Shown: positions 28,081 to 38,882 of the stretch, piece after piece
How positions within the stretch are numbered: position 1 is the stretch's first letter
Layout of the letters: each line of letters starts with the position of its first letter
Source: an uncultured Rubripirellula sp.
Lineage (GTDB): Bacteria > Planctomycetota > Planctomycetia > Pirellulales > Pirellulaceae
NCBI GenBank assembly: GCA_938085445.1
Contig: CALKGR010000003.1
Coordinates: 1-64,000, forward strand
Direction: 5' to 3'
DNA: 64,000 bases
Position numbers and translations under genes: made by a program
Notes under the pieces: model-generated
Told to the model about the DNA's origin: nothing
Database searches by the model: none
What the model saw: the letters and a program-made list of their open reading frames with translations, nothing else

Positions 28081-29181
28081 TCATGGCGAATCAGGAGTCG
28101 CTACGGGCCGAGCGTTACTTGTTGGTAGGGAATCATTTTGTTGGACGATAGGAGGCGGTGATCCTAACCTACGGATATCAACATACTGATACTGGCCTCG
28201 ATTCTGGGCGGCAAGATCACGAAGAAACGTATCCGTGGGCGCTGCAGGGTCAGCACCAAATTCGATGGTATGGATGGTCGCGCCACTGGCATCGGCAAGA
28301 TTTCTGATCTCCCGCAACTCACTGGATGACAATCGCGGGATCCTCGCATCAGTCAAAAAGAAGATAACATCAGGTGACATCCGCAGAGCCATCTTTAAAG
28401 CTGACTCATGCTCAGTACCGCCAAATGCGGAAATCGAACGGATATAGTTCTCAGCAAGAGCCACATAGGATTTCTCCCCGGAAAACAACTGATCTGGAAC
28501 ACCTGAAAGCTGAAAGGCTTTTGGCTTATCGTTGTAGAAGATCAGCTGAAAGCTTTGACGTTCGGTGAGCGTTCGGAGACTGCGAATGAGTTCAGACTTA
28601 GCAGCCCTCAACGGCTTGCCACCGAAACCATTCATGCTATCGGAACGATCAAAAACGTAGACAAACCGCGAACCACTACCGGATACTCCGAACACCATGG
28701 TGGTTGCCTCGGCAGAGTCACTGGCAGACTGAACCCCTGTGCCCCTTGAGAACGCATCTCCTGACAAATCACTCTGCCCGGCCAAGCCATCACCAGAAAC
28801 TGGTTGAGGCGTAGCCTGCATGGATTCCAAAACCCCCGGCAAATCCAGCGGCGGGGACAAGTCAGCAGGTGGTGCTGCTGACGAGGCAGTCGAGCTCGTT
28901 GCCATATCGTCGGTAACTTCCCTTTGTGGCTCAACCACCTCCTTGATCTCCTGATAACGATCGCGGTCCGGCAGACGATGTACTAAGGCGATTCCCACCG
29001 GCCGATCCTCCATGGCATCAGTTCCCTGAGGCTTTTGGGACCAAATCAGGCCCAAAGTTGTCAGTAGGATGACGTGCAGAATCACCGACATCAGTAGGGC
29101 AGATCCGGGACGTTCAGGAGGCACCATTTCCGCTAATTCAGCGTTCATGGTGGACGTCGAGAAGGTTTCAAGCGGTTTCAT
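28081..29181 (-). CDS. Membrane-anchored von Willebrand factor A domain protein
   Basis: TM segment SVILHVILL; Pro/Ser/Gly linker; MIDAS FDRSDSM, GGT, FFLTD. Start uncertain. Confidence 0.82.
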   Translation of the reverse strand: MKPLETFSTSTMNAELAEMVPPERPGSALLMSVILHVILLTTLGLIWSQKPQGTDAMEDRPVGIALVHRLPDRDRYQEIKEVVEPQREVTDDMATSSTASSAAPPADLSPPLDLPGVLESMQATPQPVSGDGLAGQSDLSGDAFSRGTGVQSASDSAEATTMVFGVSGSGSRFVYVFDRSDSMNGFGGKPLRAAKSELIRSLRTLTERQSFQLIFYNDKPKAFQLSGVPDQLFSGEKSYVALAENYIRSISAFGGTEHESALKMALRMSPDVIFFLTDARIPRLSSSELREIRNLADASGATIHTIEFGADPAAPTDTFLRDLAAQNRGQYQYVDIRRLGSPPPIVQQNDSLPTSNARPVATPDSP

Positions 29182-29344
29182 GGCACCCACTGTTCTAACG
29201 CATTTCATCAAAAAGTGCGCGTATGTTGGCTGACAACGCAATGAGGACGCTTCTCAGGAGGCCCTTTGGCAACTAATTTATTGAAAATACGAAGTTCAAA
29301 AACCTATCCCACCCCTGTGGTGGCTGAGCCTGGAGAATCCCGTC

Positions 29345-30526
29345 GTGAGCAACGCTCGATATCTGTTTACTAGTGAATCCGTCAGCATGGGCCATCCCGA
29401 TAAATTAGCGGACCGTATTTCCGATGGCATTCTTGATGCTTTGCTGGAGCAGGATCCCAACAGTCGCGTGGCTTGCGAAACGATGGTCACCACTGGCATG
29501 GCAGTCATCGCAGGTGAAATCTCAACCAACGCCCGAGTCAGCTACTCTGATGTTGTGCGTGAAGTTATCAATGAAGTTGGCTACACCGACGACCAAATGG
29601 GAATCTGCGGTGATACCTGTGCAGTCATGGTTTCGCTCGACACGCAAAGTCCTGACATCGCTCAAGGCGTTGATTCGGACGATGCGGCCGGAAAAGAAAT
29701 TGGTGCTGGTGACCAGGGGCTGATGTTCGGTTATGCGTGCAAAGACACCCCTGAACTGATGCCGTTACCGATTGCTCTATCACATCGCATCATCAATCGC
29801 ATTACCGAGGCACGATTCAACAAAGAAGTGGATTGGTTACGCCCTGACAACAAGAGTCAAGTCACTGTCGAATACGAAGGTAACACTCCTGTTCGAATCG
29901 ACACTGTCGTGGTCAGTGCACAGCACAGCCCTGATGTGTCCAATGAAGAAATCAAGTCTTTTGTCATCGAGCACGTGATAAAACCATCGTTGCCTACCGA
30001 ACTAGACAAGGGTGATATCAATTACCACATCAACCCGACGGGCAAGTTTGTTGTCGGTGGCCCTCATGGCGACTGTGGCTTGACCGGTCGAAAAATCATT
30101 GTCGATACCTACGGTGGTTGGGGCCGTCATGGCGGTGGTGCATTCAGTGGCAAAGACTCAACCAAGGTTGATCGTTCCGCTGCATACATGGCACGCTACG
30201 TTGCCAAGAATATCGTTGCTGCTGGTTTGGCTGAACGTTGCGAAGTACAACTCGCCTATGCAATTGGTGTCAGCGAACCCGTCAGTGTTCATGTCGACAG
30301 TGAAGGAACTGGCAAGATCGATGATGCCCGACTGTGCGAACTGGTGCGTGAACACTTCCCTCTAACACCCAGAGGAATCATTGAGCACCTCGAACTTCGG
30401 CGCCCAGTATTCCGCCAAACAACGGCTGGCGGTCATTTTGGTCGCGAAGGTGATGGCTTCACTTGGGAACAGACTGACAAAGCAGAGGCATTGGCTGCTG
30501 CTGCTGGAATCCCAGCAACGGCCTAA
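29345..30526 (+). CDS. metK: S-adenosylmethionine synthetase
   Basis: [33 protein letters not shown]. Confidence 0.98.
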   Translation: MSNARYLFTSESVSMGHPDKLADRISDGILDALLEQDPNSRVACETMVTTGMAVIAGEISTNARVSYSDVVREVINEVGYTDDQMGICGDTCAVMVSLDTQSPDIAQGVDSDDAAGKEIGAGDQGLMFGYACKDTPELMPLPIALSHRIINRITEARFNKEVDWLRPDNKSQVTVEYEGNTPVRIDTVVVSAQHSPDVSNEEIKSFVIEHVIKPSLPTELDKGDINYHINPTGKFVVGGPHGDCGLTGRKIIVDTYGGWGRHGGGAFSGKDSTKVDRSAAYMARYVAKNIVAAGLAERCEVQLAYAIGVSEPVSVHVDSEGTGKIDDARLCELVREHFPLTPRGIIEHLELRRPVFRQTTAGGHFGREGDGFTWEQTDKAEALAAAAGIPATA

Positions 30527-30529
30527 GTT

Positions 30530-31366
30530 GTGCGTCTGGTTTGGACAACCGACCTGCACCTGAACTCTGTTCCCACACATGAGTGGGAACAGTGGGTTCG
30601 GAAGACCAGCGCCCTGAAAGCCGACGGCATGGTGATTACGGGCGACATCTCTGAGGGTGATGATGTTGTGCCGCAGTTGCAACGCATCGTCAGTGAGATC
30701 AACTTGCCCATCTATTTTGTCTTGGGTAATCATGATTTCTACGGCAGCAGCTTCCAAGCCACACGGAAAAATGTAATCCATGCATGCCGTGATTCCAGCC
30801 AATTGCATTACCTGACAGACCTTTCTGCCATACAAGTGTCTGCGGGGACTTACCTCTTGGGTGAGGATGGTTGGGCCGATGGAACCGTTGGGAATTACGA
30901 AGAATCAACGATACATCTCAATGACTTTGAACGAATTGGTGATTTCAAAGCGTCTGGCCAATTCGCCTGGAAACAAAAGCTGTGGGATCTTGGTAATGAG
31001 TCGGCAAAACGCTTGCGGAACAAATTAGAACAGTTGCCGGACGATACTCATCAGATACTCATATTGACCCATGTACCTCCGTTTCGAGAGGCTTGTTGGT
31101 ACGAGGGCAAGACGACCGACGACAACTGGGCACCATTTTTTGTTGCTGGACAAGTTGGAAATGCACTTCTCGACTTCAGCCAACTGAGACCTGATTGCAA
31201 AATGACTGTGCTTTGCGGTCACACCCACCATGCTGGATTAGCCAAAATGACAGCTAACCTGCAGGTTTATACGGGAGCCGCGATCCCTGGTCACCCCGAC
31301 ATTGAAGCCACCATCACAGTGTCTTCGGGTGAGCTCGCTTTTGCACCACAGAAAGATATTGACTGA
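30530..31366 (+). CDS. Calcineurin-like metallophosphoesterase (Icc/CpdA-like)
   Basis: TDLH, TGDI, GNHD, THVPP, CGHTH; 3 bp downstream of metK. Confidence 0.88.
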   Translation: MRLVWTTDLHLNSVPTHEWEQWVRKTSALKADGMVITGDISEGDDVVPQLQRIVSEINLPIYFVLGNHDFYGSSFQATRKNVIHACRDSSQLHYLTDLSAIQVSAGTYLLGEDGWADGTVGNYEESTIHLNDFERIGDFKASGQFAWKQKLWDLGNESAKRLRNKLEQLPDDTHQILILTHVPPFREACWYEGKTTDDNWAPFFVAGQVGNALLDFSQLRPDCKMTVLCGHTHHAGLAKMTANLQVYTGAAIPGHPDIEATITVSSGELAFAPQKDID

Positions 31367-31439
31367 CTCATTCGGACACGAGTCACCCTGTCAATGATTC
31401 ACAAAGGCCCAATGAGCAGAACTTTCACATGCATACTGT

Positions 31440-32705
31440 TCAACTTCTGTATTGGCTCCACAGTGACATCAGTTCTACCAGATGCTCAACGGCCGCAACC
31501 ATTTCGTCTAAACAAGCAAACTCAGTGACAGCGTGGATATTATGTTGCCCACTGGACAGGTTCGGTGTTGGCAATCCTTTTTCGGTCAATTGACTGCCAT
31601 CGGTGCCACCACGAATACTCTCACTCGTGTACTCAACGCCAAGATTCTCAAATGCCTGTTTTGCAAGTGTCACAGCTTCAGGCAGATCGCTCAAACCATC
31701 TCTCAGATTTCGATACTGGCGTACGATTTCTACATCGGCTTTCAAACCGGGCATTGCCCCTAACACGGCGTCTACAGTTTCCTGCAATTGCCCAGCATAG
31801 GTTTTCAAATCTTCTGTTTCGAAAGATCGCAAAATCAGCTCGACAGTGGCTGATCCTACACCACCTTCGATTGTATATGGATGGATAAATCCCTCACGCT
31901 CATCAGTGGTCTCAGGTGAACAGGTTTCTTTGGGTAACTTCTCCACAAAATCAGCTGCTGCTCTGATAGCGTTCACCATCCGATCCTTCGCAATCGATGG
32001 ATGAATGTTGTGCCCCTCAAAGCGAACAATTGCAGCATCGGCCGAGAACGTCTCTTCATCAATCACAGCGGCGCCACCGCCATCAAGCGTGTATGCGACG
32101 GTCGCATTTAGTTTTTCCAAATCGATCTTATCCGTACCACGACCAATTTCTTCGTCGCATGTGAACAGAACTTTCACAGGTCCATGGGCCAAATGTGGAT
32201 TCTCAACTAGGGTCGCCACCAATTCCATGATGATTGCGACACCAGCCTTATCATCACCTCCCAGAAGAGTATTCCCGTCAGTCGTGACCAAAGTCATGCC
32301 AAGCATGGACTTCAAGGCAGGACATGATTCAATATCGATCACTTTCCCGCTGGGCAACTTGATATCACCACCTTCATAGGACTGTATGACCTGAGGCTGA
32401 ACATTTTCTCCGGGTGCCTCGGGAGATGTATCGAGATGGGCCACCAGTGCTACGGTCGGTCCTTGACCCCCGTTGCTGGCAGGTATAGTCCCCCAGACCA
32501 ATGCATGTTCATCCTGACACGCGTCTTCAATCGTCAATTTCTGAAGTTCCTCGAGTAACAATTTACCTAATTCCCACTGACCGGATGAACTTGGATAGCC
32601 ATCACTGCTCGGGTCGGCAGAGGTACCCACCTGCACATACGACAAAAAACGTTGAAGAAGTCTTTCACGGTTGATCTGAACGCGATCGGCACTGGCAGCG
32701 GTCAT
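31440..32705 (-). CDS. pepT: Peptidase T (M20B tripeptide aminopeptidase)
   Basis: AHLDTS, LLGGDDKAG, DEEIGRG, IRGGTDG, HNIH. Confidence 0.95.
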   Translation of the reverse strand: MTAASADRVQINRERLLQRFLSYVQVGTSADPSSDGYPSSSGQWELGKLLLEELQKLTIEDACQDEHALVWGTIPASNGGQGPTVALVAHLDTSPEAPGENVQPQVIQSYEGGDIKLPSGKVIDIESCPALKSMLGMTLVTTDGNTLLGGDDKAGVAIIMELVATLVENPHLAHGPVKVLFTCDEEIGRGTDKIDLEKLNATVAYTLDGGGAAVIDEETFSADAAIVRFEGHNIHPSIAKDRMVNAIRAAADFVEKLPKETCSPETTDEREGFIHPYTIEGGVGSATVELILRSFETEDLKTYAGQLQETVDAVLGAMPGLKADVEIVRQYRNLRDGLSDLPEAVTLAKQAFENLGVEYTSESIRGGTDGSQLTEKGLPTPNLSSGQHNIHAVTEFACLDEMVAAVEHLVELMSLWSQYRS

Positions 32706-32830
32706 ATTGATTTGCAGAAAACGGGGAAAGAGGACGTGTCAGTCGGGTCCGTTAGAACACAGAACCGGTAAGTTATACATTGTGTCACTGAATCAGAAAC
32801 TGTTTTTAACACATCGCGGACAATCAGAAG

Positions 32831-33670
32831 ATGAGCGAGAAAGTCGCACACCTCGTATTTGACGTCGAGAGCATTGCTGATGGAGACCTGATTTCAAAAG
32901 TTCGTTATCCCGACCAAAACCTGAGCGACAGCGAAGCAATCGCAACGTATCAGGACGAATTGATGGAACAGCGCGGGACAACTTTTATTCCACATACGTT
33001 CCAAATACCCATCGCTGTCGTGATCGCAAAAGTCGCGGCCAACTTACAATTGCTCGATATCGTATCCATTGATGAACCCGAATTTCGACCTCACGTCATC
33101 ACTGAAAACTTCTGGAGAGGGTGGGAAGCATATAAAAATCCGCAATGGGTCACCTTCAATGGACGATCATTTGACATCCCCTTGATGGAACTTGCGGCAT
33201 TTCGGTTCGGCATTTCCCTGCCAGCGTGGTTCAGATCAGATGGCTACAAATCGCCAAGGAACCGATTCAATTCAACTGCTCACCTGGATCTGCAGGATGT
33301 GCTGACCAACCATGGGGCCGCAAGGTGCAATGGTGGATTGAATCTTGTCGCGCAACTACTTGGAAAACCTGGCAAAATGGGACTGACCGGAGACAAGGTC
33401 CAAGAGCAGTGGGATGCAGGCCATAAAATGGCCATCAGTGACTACTGCCGCTGCGATGTTCTGGACACCTATTTCGTCTTTCTGCGAGCGCAAGTGCTCA
33501 CGGGTAAAATCTCGCTGCAAGAGGAAATCGAATTGGTAGACGCCGCAAAAAAGTGGATTGAGAAAAGAACTGAGACATGCGAGGCGTATGCTTCGTATCT
33601 TGCCAGTTGGAGCAATTGGAAGAATCCGTGGGAAACCACTGAAAGGGAAGCGAATAGCGATTCAACGTGA
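32831..33670 (+). CDS. Predicted PolB-related 3'-5' exonuclease (DEDDy)
   Basis: FDVES, TFNGRSFD, HLDL, YCRCDV. Confidence 0.88.
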   Translation: MSEKVAHLVFDVESIADGDLISKVRYPDQNLSDSEAIATYQDELMEQRGTTFIPHTFQIPIAVVIAKVAANLQLLDIVSIDEPEFRPHVITENFWRGWEAYKNPQWVTFNGRSFDIPLMELAAFRFGISLPAWFRSDGYKSPRNRFNSTAHLDLQDVLTNHGAARCNGGLNLVAQLLGKPGKMGLTGDKVQEQWDAGHKMAISDYCRCDVLDTYFVFLRAQVLTGKISLQEEIELVDAAKKWIEKRTETCEAYASYLASWSNWKNPWETTEREANSDST

Positions 33671-33697
33671 AGATCCACGTGAAACGCTACGTGAAAC
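33665..33697. repeat. Period-12 triplication of acgtgaa across the exonuclease stop codon
   Basis: Copies at 33665, 33677 and 33689. Confidence 0.65.
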
Positions 33698-33830
33698 CGT
33701 AGCTCACCCTCACAAATTCACCTTTACCTCATCAACCCCGTCTGGCTACTGTCCGAAATGTAGAGAAGCGTCATTGTCGGGCGTTCTCTCTTTTGACCTG
33801 CGCCAACTTTTACCACTTCGAATTTTATCA

Positions 33831-36800
33831 ATGGCTGGACACGGAAGTCTTCGCCCAAAAAATCTGCTCTCAAAATTACCTGTCATGGTAATGCGATGGA
33901 AATACGTCGAAGCGTGCTTGCAATTAGCCATCCTGCCTTTTCTCGTGTTGCTGTGTGCAGGAGAGCAAACTGCAATAGGTGATCCTGGAATCAACCTGCA
34001 AACTTCACGAAAAAACACCCTTGATATTGCTCTGGATTTTGACTGGGCAGTCCAGGAGGCACAGTACTGTCACTTACGATTACGATTGCTTGATGACTCT
34101 GCCAATCATGGGTACATGATCCATGAACTCACTAATCAATCTGATTCCGACAAAACGGTTGCAGCCTTCTCGCTAAATGAAGACGCGACTCAAGTGACCT
34201 TTCACCCACGCGGACAAATCAATTCCGTACGTGTCAGGCTACGGGTGCAGGGCACACCCGAAACGCGAATTGTTATCGAATCACTGAACGATCCCCGGAA
34301 CCCAGCGGGAGTTCAAATTGCGCAACCAATACGTGAAATCAGCTTCGCGGACCTGCTACAGAAAAAGACACTTCGCTCAGACACACCGTTAGTAACATCA
34401 AAGACCACTAAGCGATACTCAACTTGGTCAATCCGCCGGACAGATGATGATGAATTGCGACTCACCGGCCTGCAAGCAGTCCCCGTCTACGAGCCCAAGG
34501 CATCTCTCAAACTAGCTGCCGCTGTCAATGCAATGGCAGGCCAAGCATCATCCTTGCTGACCTTCCACTACTCGATTGTTCAGGTTTCCAACCAAAAGAC
34601 AGTCGTACGGCATCGAAGATCAATCAGCATTAATGCCGCCGGTAACAGTGACGTGATTCCGATGGCTGATTCGGTTCCCGAAACACCAGGGGTTTACGAG
34701 ATACGTTGTCATATTTCCAAGGATGATGACCGCATTTGGGATCGACTGCGAGGTCGCGAAGTACCCCTAGTAAAAATTGGTCGTCCATTCTTTGTGGTAT
34801 CGAAACCGGAAATGCCCAGACCAACCGACACAGAAAAGTGGCAAATTGCCGGAACACTCCGGCCCTCGGAATCAAATTGGTCTGTGGGTCAGTGGTTACC
34901 CAAAACCACCAGCCGTTTCATCCCAGGAGTCAATTCTACTGAGCCTGAGACCAAACTTGCTCAAGTTCAGCACTCCGGCGAAACAGTTTCCCTGCTACCA
35001 GATCACGAACCATTTCAAGCAAGTTTGCCGGTACTCAATCCTGGTAAACCTCACAAAATTAAATTGCGGTTGCCGGCGACTCAGAACATACAACTGCAAA
35101 TTGAAGCAGGTGGTCTATACGAGCGCGAACGGCCCTCTACCAAATTCATTCTGTCAGACACCAAGACAATTGATCTGAAAGAGCAATGGCGAACCTACAC
35201 ATTCGTGCATTACCCAGCCAAAGATGACCAGATCTGGCTGACCAATCTCGGCGATAGTGCCTTGCAACTGGAATCGATCGAAGTTCAAGCAGGACCACAA
35301 TATCTGGTCCCACCTCAGGGCGATGATGATGAAATTCTAACGATGCCCCAAACGCGAAATACCATCCTGAACGTCGACGACATCAACTGGGTGGATTCGC
35401 TATCCAGAGATGTGGCAAGAACACATTCATTGGATGATTTTGATGTACGAACCATCAACGCCTTCGAATTGTGGGTAGCAATGAATCGGATTTGCGATCT
35501 CGCCAGAGCGAGTGGGATGAACGGAATCATGCTACCAGCAAATGCTGGCGGAACCACACATTTCCAATCGCGAAGCGTATTGCCACGAACAAACTCGACA
35601 CATACAAAAACCAACCATCTGGCAACCACCATCACCTTAATGGCAAACCAGGGTCTGAAAACACATGTGCACCTTGATCCCGATTTCATGCTAATACCTG
35701 TCGAACAAGCCCTTCGACAGCGACCGACTCTTATCCAACAATTGACAAGAATCCAGCAGGGCCATGCATTTCAATACAACCTGCTGCATCCTCTTGTTCA
35801 AGACAGTCTTCAGGAACTGATCGCGGAATTGGTATTTCAATGTGATCAGTCCGCCAATTTTGCGGGCATCACGATCGACTGTAGCTCAGGAAGTCATCTG
35901 CAACCTGTCAAACAGATGTTTAGCAGTGATGCCACCCTGATGACCTTCGCACAATCACTCGATGTGACGGTTGCGACTGAGCAATTGCGTGCCTGGTCAA
36001 AAACTGAAGGACGGGCAACCTACAAAAACTGGGTGCTGCAGGCTACCAACCGCTGCTTCCGGGACCTTCAAAATTCCGTATCCCAAACTGCACTCGACCT
36101 CAAATTCGACCCATCTGTCCACCGAACTATCCAGCCCAAGCCCGCTGATTTGGATACCCAAGTTTTCAAACCCGAAGACAACTTTCCGATCGGTTTTGGT
36201 AACGCACATGCGTATACAGATTCACGATTATTGGTCAGAAAACCTCTGCGTGTTCCAGCGCCGTCCGCAGAAGGTGCAGTAGCATCCAGTGTTTACTTCA
36301 ACACGCAATTGGAACTCGCTAACACTGCTCTCGTTCAGAATCAGAAGAGCTTGTTGGAAGATACATCTCATCTGATTGATCGACTGGACCCCACTAACCT
36401 CGTCATTCAACTTCCCATTGATGGTCGCGTTTTACGGCCACACCTCAGCACACTATTGCGAGCGTTTCGGACCTTGCCGCAGACTGGCATGCAATCGGTC
36501 AATGTCGAAAGTGGATCCCAAAACACTGTTCTTGTAAAAAGCGTTCAAACAGATGATTACTTGCACCTTGCGTGTCTCAGCCTGACACCTTGGGCAAACG
36601 AAATCGACATTGAAACCAGTGAGAAAGTTCAATGGAGAGCCTTCGACGGAAAGTCGGAAGGAATTGAAGTAGAACAACTGAGTGGCAATCGGACACGAAT
36701 TCAAGTCACAGAAGGACGTTTAATTCTACTTCAATCAACTCAACCAGTGGGCGATGTTAAAATCACTTCCTGCCATGCACGACTCAGTGGCGGGACGGCA

Positions 36801-37595
36801 GCATTGGCAAAAATCAAAGAAAAAGTAACGTTGGTCGCTCAACGAATTGGGATTTTATTTGACTTCGAATCTTACGACGCTCTGAATAATGGAGGATTCG
36901 AAAATGCAGGCGGCTTGGGACTGGTAGGTTGGTTACATGCACAACATCCAGCAGGCTGCGTCCGGATTGACGACACCCAACCTTTTGAAGGTAAACACTC
37001 AATCCTGCTCACCACAGAAACCAATACAAAAGCAAGAACGTGGCTAGTCAGCGAGACCATCACACCACCCGAGTCAGGCCGACTTGCCGTCTCCCTGGCG
37101 TGTCGTGCCGAAGCCAGTTTGAACGCTGGTATCCACCATCTGAGAATCTCTCTCGAAGGCACCGAAAACGGAAAACCAGTCCGCTATTCCAATGAGATTG
37201 AAGTCCCTAAAAATGGTCAGTGGGGAAATCGGGAAGTGCAACTCGAAGCACTCAACATCGATGCTGCCAACATGCACTCCTTGCGTCTCACCATCGACAA
37301 CCTTTCAAGCGGTCAGATCTGGCTTGACGACATCAGACTCCATGATCAGTTTCCCACTGTTGGCGAAAGAGATGAATTGCAAAGTGGAGCATTCCTCGCG
37401 GTGCAGGGTCTGCAAAAAAGTAATCTAGCGCCGGCGGGTCGATTATTACAGAACGGATGGGCGCGGTACCTGTTGCGACTTGATCCACTGCAAGACACCC
37501 AATCCAAGACAACAGACATAGAAGAGAAAAAAGAGGAGATCCCCGGAATCGCAGAGCGAATCCGTGATTGGATCCCCCGGCCTCTACGTTTTTAA
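33831..37595 (+). CDS. Large exported hypothetical protein; possible degenerate glycoside-hydrolase-like barrel and C-terminal carbohydrate-binding-like domain
   Basis: Long ORF; the track start at 33558 overlaps the previous gene, so the true start is probably ~33831-33891. YNLLHPLVQ..L..FAGITID segment; LNNGGFE...GW...IWLDDIRL jelly-roll motif. Confidence 0.75.
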   Translation: MAGHGSLRPKNLLSKLPVMVMRWKYVEACLQLAILPFLVLLCAGEQTAIGDPGINLQTSRKNTLDIALDFDWAVQEAQYCHLRLRLLDDSANHGYMIHELTNQSDSDKTVAAFSLNEDATQVTFHPRGQINSVRVRLRVQGTPETRIVIESLNDPRNPAGVQIAQPIREISFADLLQKKTLRSDTPLVTSKTTKRYSTWSIRRTDDDELRLTGLQAVPVYEPKASLKLAAAVNAMAGQASSLLTFHYSIVQVSNQKTVVRHRRSISINAAGNSDVIPMADSVPETPGVYEIRCHISKDDDRIWDRLRGREVPLVKIGRPFFVVSKPEMPRPTDTEKWQIAGTLRPSESNWSVGQWLPKTTSRFIPGVNSTEPETKLAQVQHSGETVSLLPDHEPFQASLPVLNPGKPHKIKLRLPATQNIQLQIEAGGLYERERPSTKFILSDTKTIDLKEQWRTYTFVHYPAKDDQIWLTNLGDSALQLESIEVQAGPQYLVPPQGDDDEILTMPQTRNTILNVDDINWVDSLSRDVARTHSLDDFDVRTINAFELWVAMNRICDLARASGMNGIMLPANAGGTTHFQSRSVLPRTNSTHTKTNHLATTITLMANQGLKTHVHLDPDFMLIPVEQALRQRPTLIQQLTRIQQGHAFQYNLLHPLVQDSLQELIAELVFQCDQSANFAGITIDCSSGSHLQPVKQMFSSDATLMTFAQSLDVTVATEQLRAWSKTEGRATYKNWVLQATNRCFRDLQNSVSQTALDLKFDPSVHRTIQPKPADLDTQVFKPEDNFPIGFGNAHAYTDSRLLVRKPLRVPAPSAEGAVASSVYFNTQLELANTALVQNQKSLLEDTSHLIDRLDPTNLVIQLPIDGRVLRPHLSTLLRAFRTLPQTGMQSVNVESGSQNTVLVKSVQTDDYLHLACLSLTPWANEIDIETSEKVQWRAFDGKSEGIEVEQLSGNRTRIQVTEGRLILLQSTQPVGDVKITSCHARLSGGTAALAKIKEKVTLVAQRIGILFDFESYDALNNGGFENAGGLGLVGWLHAQHPAGCVRIDDTQPFEGKHSILLTTETNTKARTWLVSETITPPESGRLAVSLACRAEASLNAGIHHLRISLEGTENGKPVRYSNEIEVPKNGQWGNREVQLEALNIDAANMHSLRLTIDNLSSGQIWLDDIRLHDQFPTVGERDELQSGAFLAVQGLQKSNLAPAGRLLQNGWARYLLRLDPLQDTQSKTTDIEEKKEEIPGIAERIRDWIPRPLRF

Positions 37596-37619
37596 CGTCT
37601 GCCACCGAATACAAAATTT

Positions 37620-38321
37620 GCAAGTTTCAATGGGCCAAGCAGATTGGAATCGTTGTGCTGGCGATTCTTGTACTTACCTCACTCTGTAGCCGGTGTTTAC
37701 TCACAGAGACGCGGATCGCACCTGCGTTCTATAAACAGGCAACGCTACTCAGCCATCCTGACCCAGAAGTCGGAAGCTACCGGCTCAAGGCCAATGTCAC
37801 CAAACTGCAACGGGATGCCTCCAAACCAGGCTCATGGGAAGCAAGGCTCAACGAAGACGACATCAGTGCGTGGCTTATCCAACAACTACCCCTGCAATTC
37901 AAGCAACCGAAACATCCAGGTGTAAGCGCCCCAAGAATCGGCATTCAGCAAAACTTTTGATTGGCAGCTGCAGGCTACGAGGACGCGAGATTTGACACCG
38001 TTATTTCCTGTGAACTACATGTGGAACTCACATACGCACCCAACCTGCTGGCCATCCACATTCGCAAGCTGAGAGCTATTGCCGTCTCCTTGCCAATTAG
38101 CCAGATTATCACTGGCATCAGTGCAGAAGCCGCAAAGGAAGGTCTTGATATCAACTGTGACCGCACAGAGTTCGGTCCCACTGCCTTTGTTCAAGTGCCA
38201 CGCAAACACACCAGACATGCATACAGTCCTATTCACCATTGAATCAATCCAATTGATGGACAGACCCACCATGCTTACGGGCCACGCTGGGACGAAAGCA
38301 AAAGCTTGTTACAAAACTTGA
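37620..38321 (+). pseudogene. Disrupted membrane-anchored hypothetical gene
   Basis: Protein-like frame (TM WAKQIGIVVLAIL..., WEARLNEDDISAWL) with no good start. In-frame TGA at 37958-37960 is followed by a continuing frame (LAAAGYEDARFDTVISCEL). An apparent frameshift near 38225-38242 leads into TIESIQLMD...LTGHAG. Confidence 0.6.
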
Positions 38322-38344
38322 ATCCTATTCAACCCATTTGTCAC

Positions 38345-38833
38345 CTATCGACCGAATGTAAAATGCAATTCAAAATTTGGTTCTGAGTCCGCAAGCTCTC
38401 CTTGCCGCCGTTGAACGATCTCGAGTAACCCACTTCGAACACCACATTCTGTCTGCCAACGCAAAGCTGCTTTAAAAGCAACTTCAGCCAAAGCACTTGT
38501 CAGTTGCAGGTACTCGCCGGCAACCACTCTCTGCACACAACCTCGCCCCCCACCAAGATCGCCTTCACGATCAAGATAGATCAAACGATGATCGGCCAAC
38601 TTTTGGCAAGTTATAGTAAATGTACTTTCCAAATCAGTAATCAATTCCGTCGACCACGTGGCCAATGCGTCACCAGTCGCAAACATCCAATCCAGATGCG
38701 ACTCTGTCGTCCGGTCGAAACATGGACCAACATCATGCCTCAACAGGACAAAACGCTTCCCAGACTCGTGTCCCCGAGGATCATTATGATCCGATGTTCC
38801 CATCATGCCTTCGTTCCAATTCATACCCGTCAC
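38345..38833 (-). CDS. Stand-alone LigD N-terminal 3'-phosphoesterase-like protein
   Basis: RFVLLRH...HLDWMF..GDALATWS...LADHRLIYLDREG resembles the LigD PE pattern FVVQ.H...H.D.RL...L.SW...DH...Y..FEG. Start uncertain. Confidence 0.7.
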   Translation of the reverse strand: MTGMNWNEGMMGTSDHNDPRGHESGKRFVLLRHDVGPCFDRTTESHLDWMFATGDALATWSTELITDLESTFTITCQKLADHRLIYLDREGDLGGGRGCVQRVVAGEYLQLTSALAEVAFKAALRWQTECGVRSGLLEIVQRRQGELADSEPNFELHFTFGR

Positions 38834-38882
38834 TCAACTGCGAAATTCTCAAAACTGAAACAGTCGCTGGGCTAGTGTCTGC

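Noticed and set aside
29242..29344. SAM riboswitch upstream of metK
   Set aside because: No SAM-I or SAM-II consensus recognised in the short leader; an Rfam scan would be needed to exclude other classes.
37958..37960. In-frame TGA as selenocysteine or programmed readthrough
   Set aside because: It is not in a Cys/redox context, and other lesions (lost start, frameshift) indicate decay.
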